Shown: one piece after another, positions 61,200-64,000 of the stretch
How the letters are laid out: every line of letters starts with the position of its first letter
How positions within the stretch are numbered: the first letter of the stretch is position 1
Origin: Fistulifera solaris
Taxonomy: Eukaryota
NCBI GenBank assembly: GCA_030295235.1
Contig: AP026151.1
Location: 248,001-312,000, forward strand
Length of the DNA stretch: 64,000 bases
Direction: 5' to 3'
Made by a program: the position numbers and the translations under genes
Notes under the pieces: generated by a model
Seen by the model: the letters and a program-made list of their open reading frames with translations, nothing else
Database searches by the model: none
Told to the model about the DNA's origin: nothing

Positions 61200-64000
61200 A
61201 TGACGACCGAAACAGCACGTTTACCGCTCCTTCTGCGACCCCATCACTACGATATACAATACCATACGATTGATTTGGTGCACTATACGTTTACAGGATG
61301 CGTAACGATACACGGGAAAGCACTGCGATCTATTTCAGAACGTGTTTTGATTCTCTTGCATGCCTTGGAATTGCAATTAACCAAGGCTACGTTAGTGCGA
61401 AAGAAAGATCCTTCTGCTGCATGGGAGGCGGAAGAATTTCGGTACAATCTGCGGCAACAAACGTGTGAAATTGTGTTTACGGCTTCGCTCATGGCCCACG
61501 ATGATTACGAATTAATGATCGACTTTCATGGGGTGCTCAATGACAAGATGCACGGATTCTATCGTTCTTCATATACCGCACTCGATGGAAGCACAGTTAC
61601 GATGGCCACTACGCAATTCGAAGCGACGGATGCCCGTCGTGCGTTTCCTTGCTTCGATGAACCAGCAATTAAGGCAACTTTTCAATTGACTGTCACAATT
61701 CCGGCACATCTACAGTGCATATCCAATACACCCATGGCCGCGACATCCACGAGCTATGATAGCCCGTCAAAACTTCTTTTCAAAACCATTCAATTTCAAA
61801 CAACGCCACTCATGTCGACATATCTATTGGCTTGGGTCATTGGACGATTCGATGGTGTGTCGACGACATCTCGTCATATCGTTACAACCGTCTACACGGT
61901 CGAAGGAAAAGCCACACAGGGACAATTTTGTTTGCAAGTTGCATCGAAATGCCTCGATTATTATCAAGATCTGTTCCAGATCCCCTATCCGCTCACCAAG
62001 AGTGATCTGTTGGCCATTCCAGATTTTGCGGCCGGAGCCATGGAGAATTGGGGGTGTGTCACCTATCGAGAAGCCAAGATATTGGTCGATCCGATCCAAA
62101 CGTCGGAAAGTACCAAACGAGCCATTGCGCGGACCGTTTGTCACGAATTGGCGCATCAATGGTTTGGAAATCTCGTCACGATGGATTGGTGGACGCAGTT
62201 GTATCTCAAAGAAGGTGTAGCACGATTTATGGAGTTTGTGGCGCTGGAGCATTTGTTTCCTGAATGGCTCGTCTGGGTAGAATTTGTACAAGGTGTCATG
62301 GGACTGGCCTTGTCGTTGGACTCTATGAAATCCAGTCATCCGGTGGAAGTTCCCGTGAATCACCCCGACGAAATTACGGAGATCTTTGATGCCATTTCGT
62401 ACGCCAAGGGGGCTTCCATTATTCGCATGATTTCGTCGTATATTGGAATGGATGTTTTCATGAAAGGGATGCGTCTGTATTTACAGCGGCATGCGTATGG
62501 AAATGCAGTCACGGCAGATCTCTGGCGGGCGATGGAAGAGGTGTCGGACGTTCCCGTGTCTGATTTTATGATGACATGGACTGTGGAAGTGGGATTCCCT
62601 CTAGTACAAATAGCAGAGGATGGATCCATTCAAACATGTCTATTCATGGGAGGTGGGCCAGAAGTACCTGAAGAAGGTGCAAGTTCGCGATGGCCCATTC
62701 CTGTCACCGCGCGCTTGGAAGGTATGGACGAAATACAAGGACCGTGGGTACTACACGGACCGGACGGAGATGATTCTCTGGAGCTATCGCAGCAGATCAA
62801 ACAATGGGACAGCGCAGGAAAGTGGTTCAAGCTCAATGTTGATCAAACAGGATTCTTTCGCGTCGCGTATTCGCGTCAACAATCGGACCGTTTATCCAAG
62901 ATCATGGATCCGCAGACGAGTCCTTTATCGACTACTGATCGGCTTGGTTTGATATCAGATTGCTTCGCGGCTGGTAAAGCGGGATATTTCTCAATTGTGG
63001 ATGCGCTGACACTGGTGGCCAAGTTTGGGGAACACGAATTGGCAGGTAAGAAAGTCATGTTCGTAGCCGCTTGGTTGTTTATTGTGAGCGATGATCTCAG
63101 TGTCTATATGCTCTTGTTGAAGAGTATGCGGTGTGGCAAGAACTTTCGGAAAATATGGTATCACTGATTTCGATTTATCGATCGGAAGGATTCTTTCCAA
63201 AATTTCAAAAGTTCATCGCCCGTCTTTGCAGTCGACAGTTGGAAATTCTGGGTTGGGACAGCACGCCTGGTGAGAATGCAAGAATCGGAACACTTCGCGC
63301 GAGAGTCATCGGTTTAATGGGATTTACTGGAGACAATGGTGTAATGAAGAAAGCTTGTGAAATTTTCAGTGCCTATAGAAGTGATCCGAAAGGATCACCG
63401 ATTCCAGGTGACTTGCAAGGAGCTATCTTTCGTTGTGCAATTCGATATGATGAAAAGACAGTGTTCGATGGACTGCGCGAGATTTATGAAGGGCCTGGCG
63501 CGTCACCTGAGGAAAAGAGGGAGTGCCTAATGGTGATGGGGAAGGTGAAAGACACGGAATTGCGACTAAAGATGATGGATTACGTTTTCTGGTCGGGCTT
63601 TGTCCGACTACAAGACATTACTTTTGCACTATCATCTTTGGCAACGTCGGATGATGATGGAGGCATGGCCGTGTGGAATTTTTTCAAATCAAATTATGTC
63701 GACTTGTCTAATAAAATAGGAAAGGGATCCAATATTTGGTCGGCGTGCGTTGGGTTATCCGTCAGTGGCCTTACAACGATCGAGACAGCTAATGAGGTAG
63801 AAGCATTCTTTGAAAAGCATCCAGCGGGGTCTGCTAGTCGTCGTCTTGAGCAAGGTTTGGAGGTAGTACGAACCAAGATCATGAGGCGAGAACGAGACCG
63901 CGAAGCGCTACAACTTTTCTGGACGACCTCTTTCCCGACACATAAAATTTGGCGTGTTGTTTTTCATAACGCAACTAGTAAAGACGATGTGCTTGTAAAA
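61200..64000 (+). CDS. M1-family (puromycin-sensitive-like) aminopeptidase; intron 63046-63122; 3' end near 63944 or beyond the window
   Basis: TQFEATDARRAFPCFDEP, GAMENWG, HELAHQWFGNLVT..LKEG, YAKG; the ERAP1-C-like region continues after the intron. Confidence 0.95.

Overview
Gene-dense eukaryotic nuclear DNA with short GT-AG introns and many signal-peptide plus ASAF-like bipartite plastid leaders. It is most consistent with a pennate diatom (inference; Fistulifera-like). About 30 genes are recognisable: MGST3-like, GDP-sugar phosphorylase-like, RimP, nucleolin-like, Prp38, G-patch, GrpE, double bZIP, GT32, DUF1350-like hydrolase, Sel1, thioesterase, 2Fe-2S ferredoxin, ABC transporter, LSG1, rhodanese, D-cysteine desulfhydrase, lipase, ATP-grasp, PDI-like, DRG2, kinase, SRPBCC, ankyrin-exonuclease and M1 aminopeptidase. 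Many conserved genes carry single-base homopolymer frameshifts, probably long-read assembly errors, so pseudogene calls are provisional. The most notable feature is a five-member family related to a Zn-binding HNH-like domain (GPFA..YGCHxCG..ADHIPP..FYPQCxxC), reminiscent of bacterial polymorphic-toxin tips. Four copies are tandem at 2963-6870 and one is at 29335-30365. All five have a phase-2 intron upstream of the domain and four share an upstream 13-bp motif, but their N-termini differ: membrane-type, mitochondrial-presequence-like, and a myristoylation-like copy lacking the nuclease. Other notable items are a ferredoxin with an in-frame TGA at a cluster-ligand Cys, a 737-bp microsatellite-carrying non-autonomous Helitron inserted at an A^T site, 12 non-coding TACTCCGTA 9-mers resembling mariner/Stowaway excision footprints, a four-copy tandem array of unknown ~480-aa proteins, and a dispersed CCAGAAAATCTGG repeat family.
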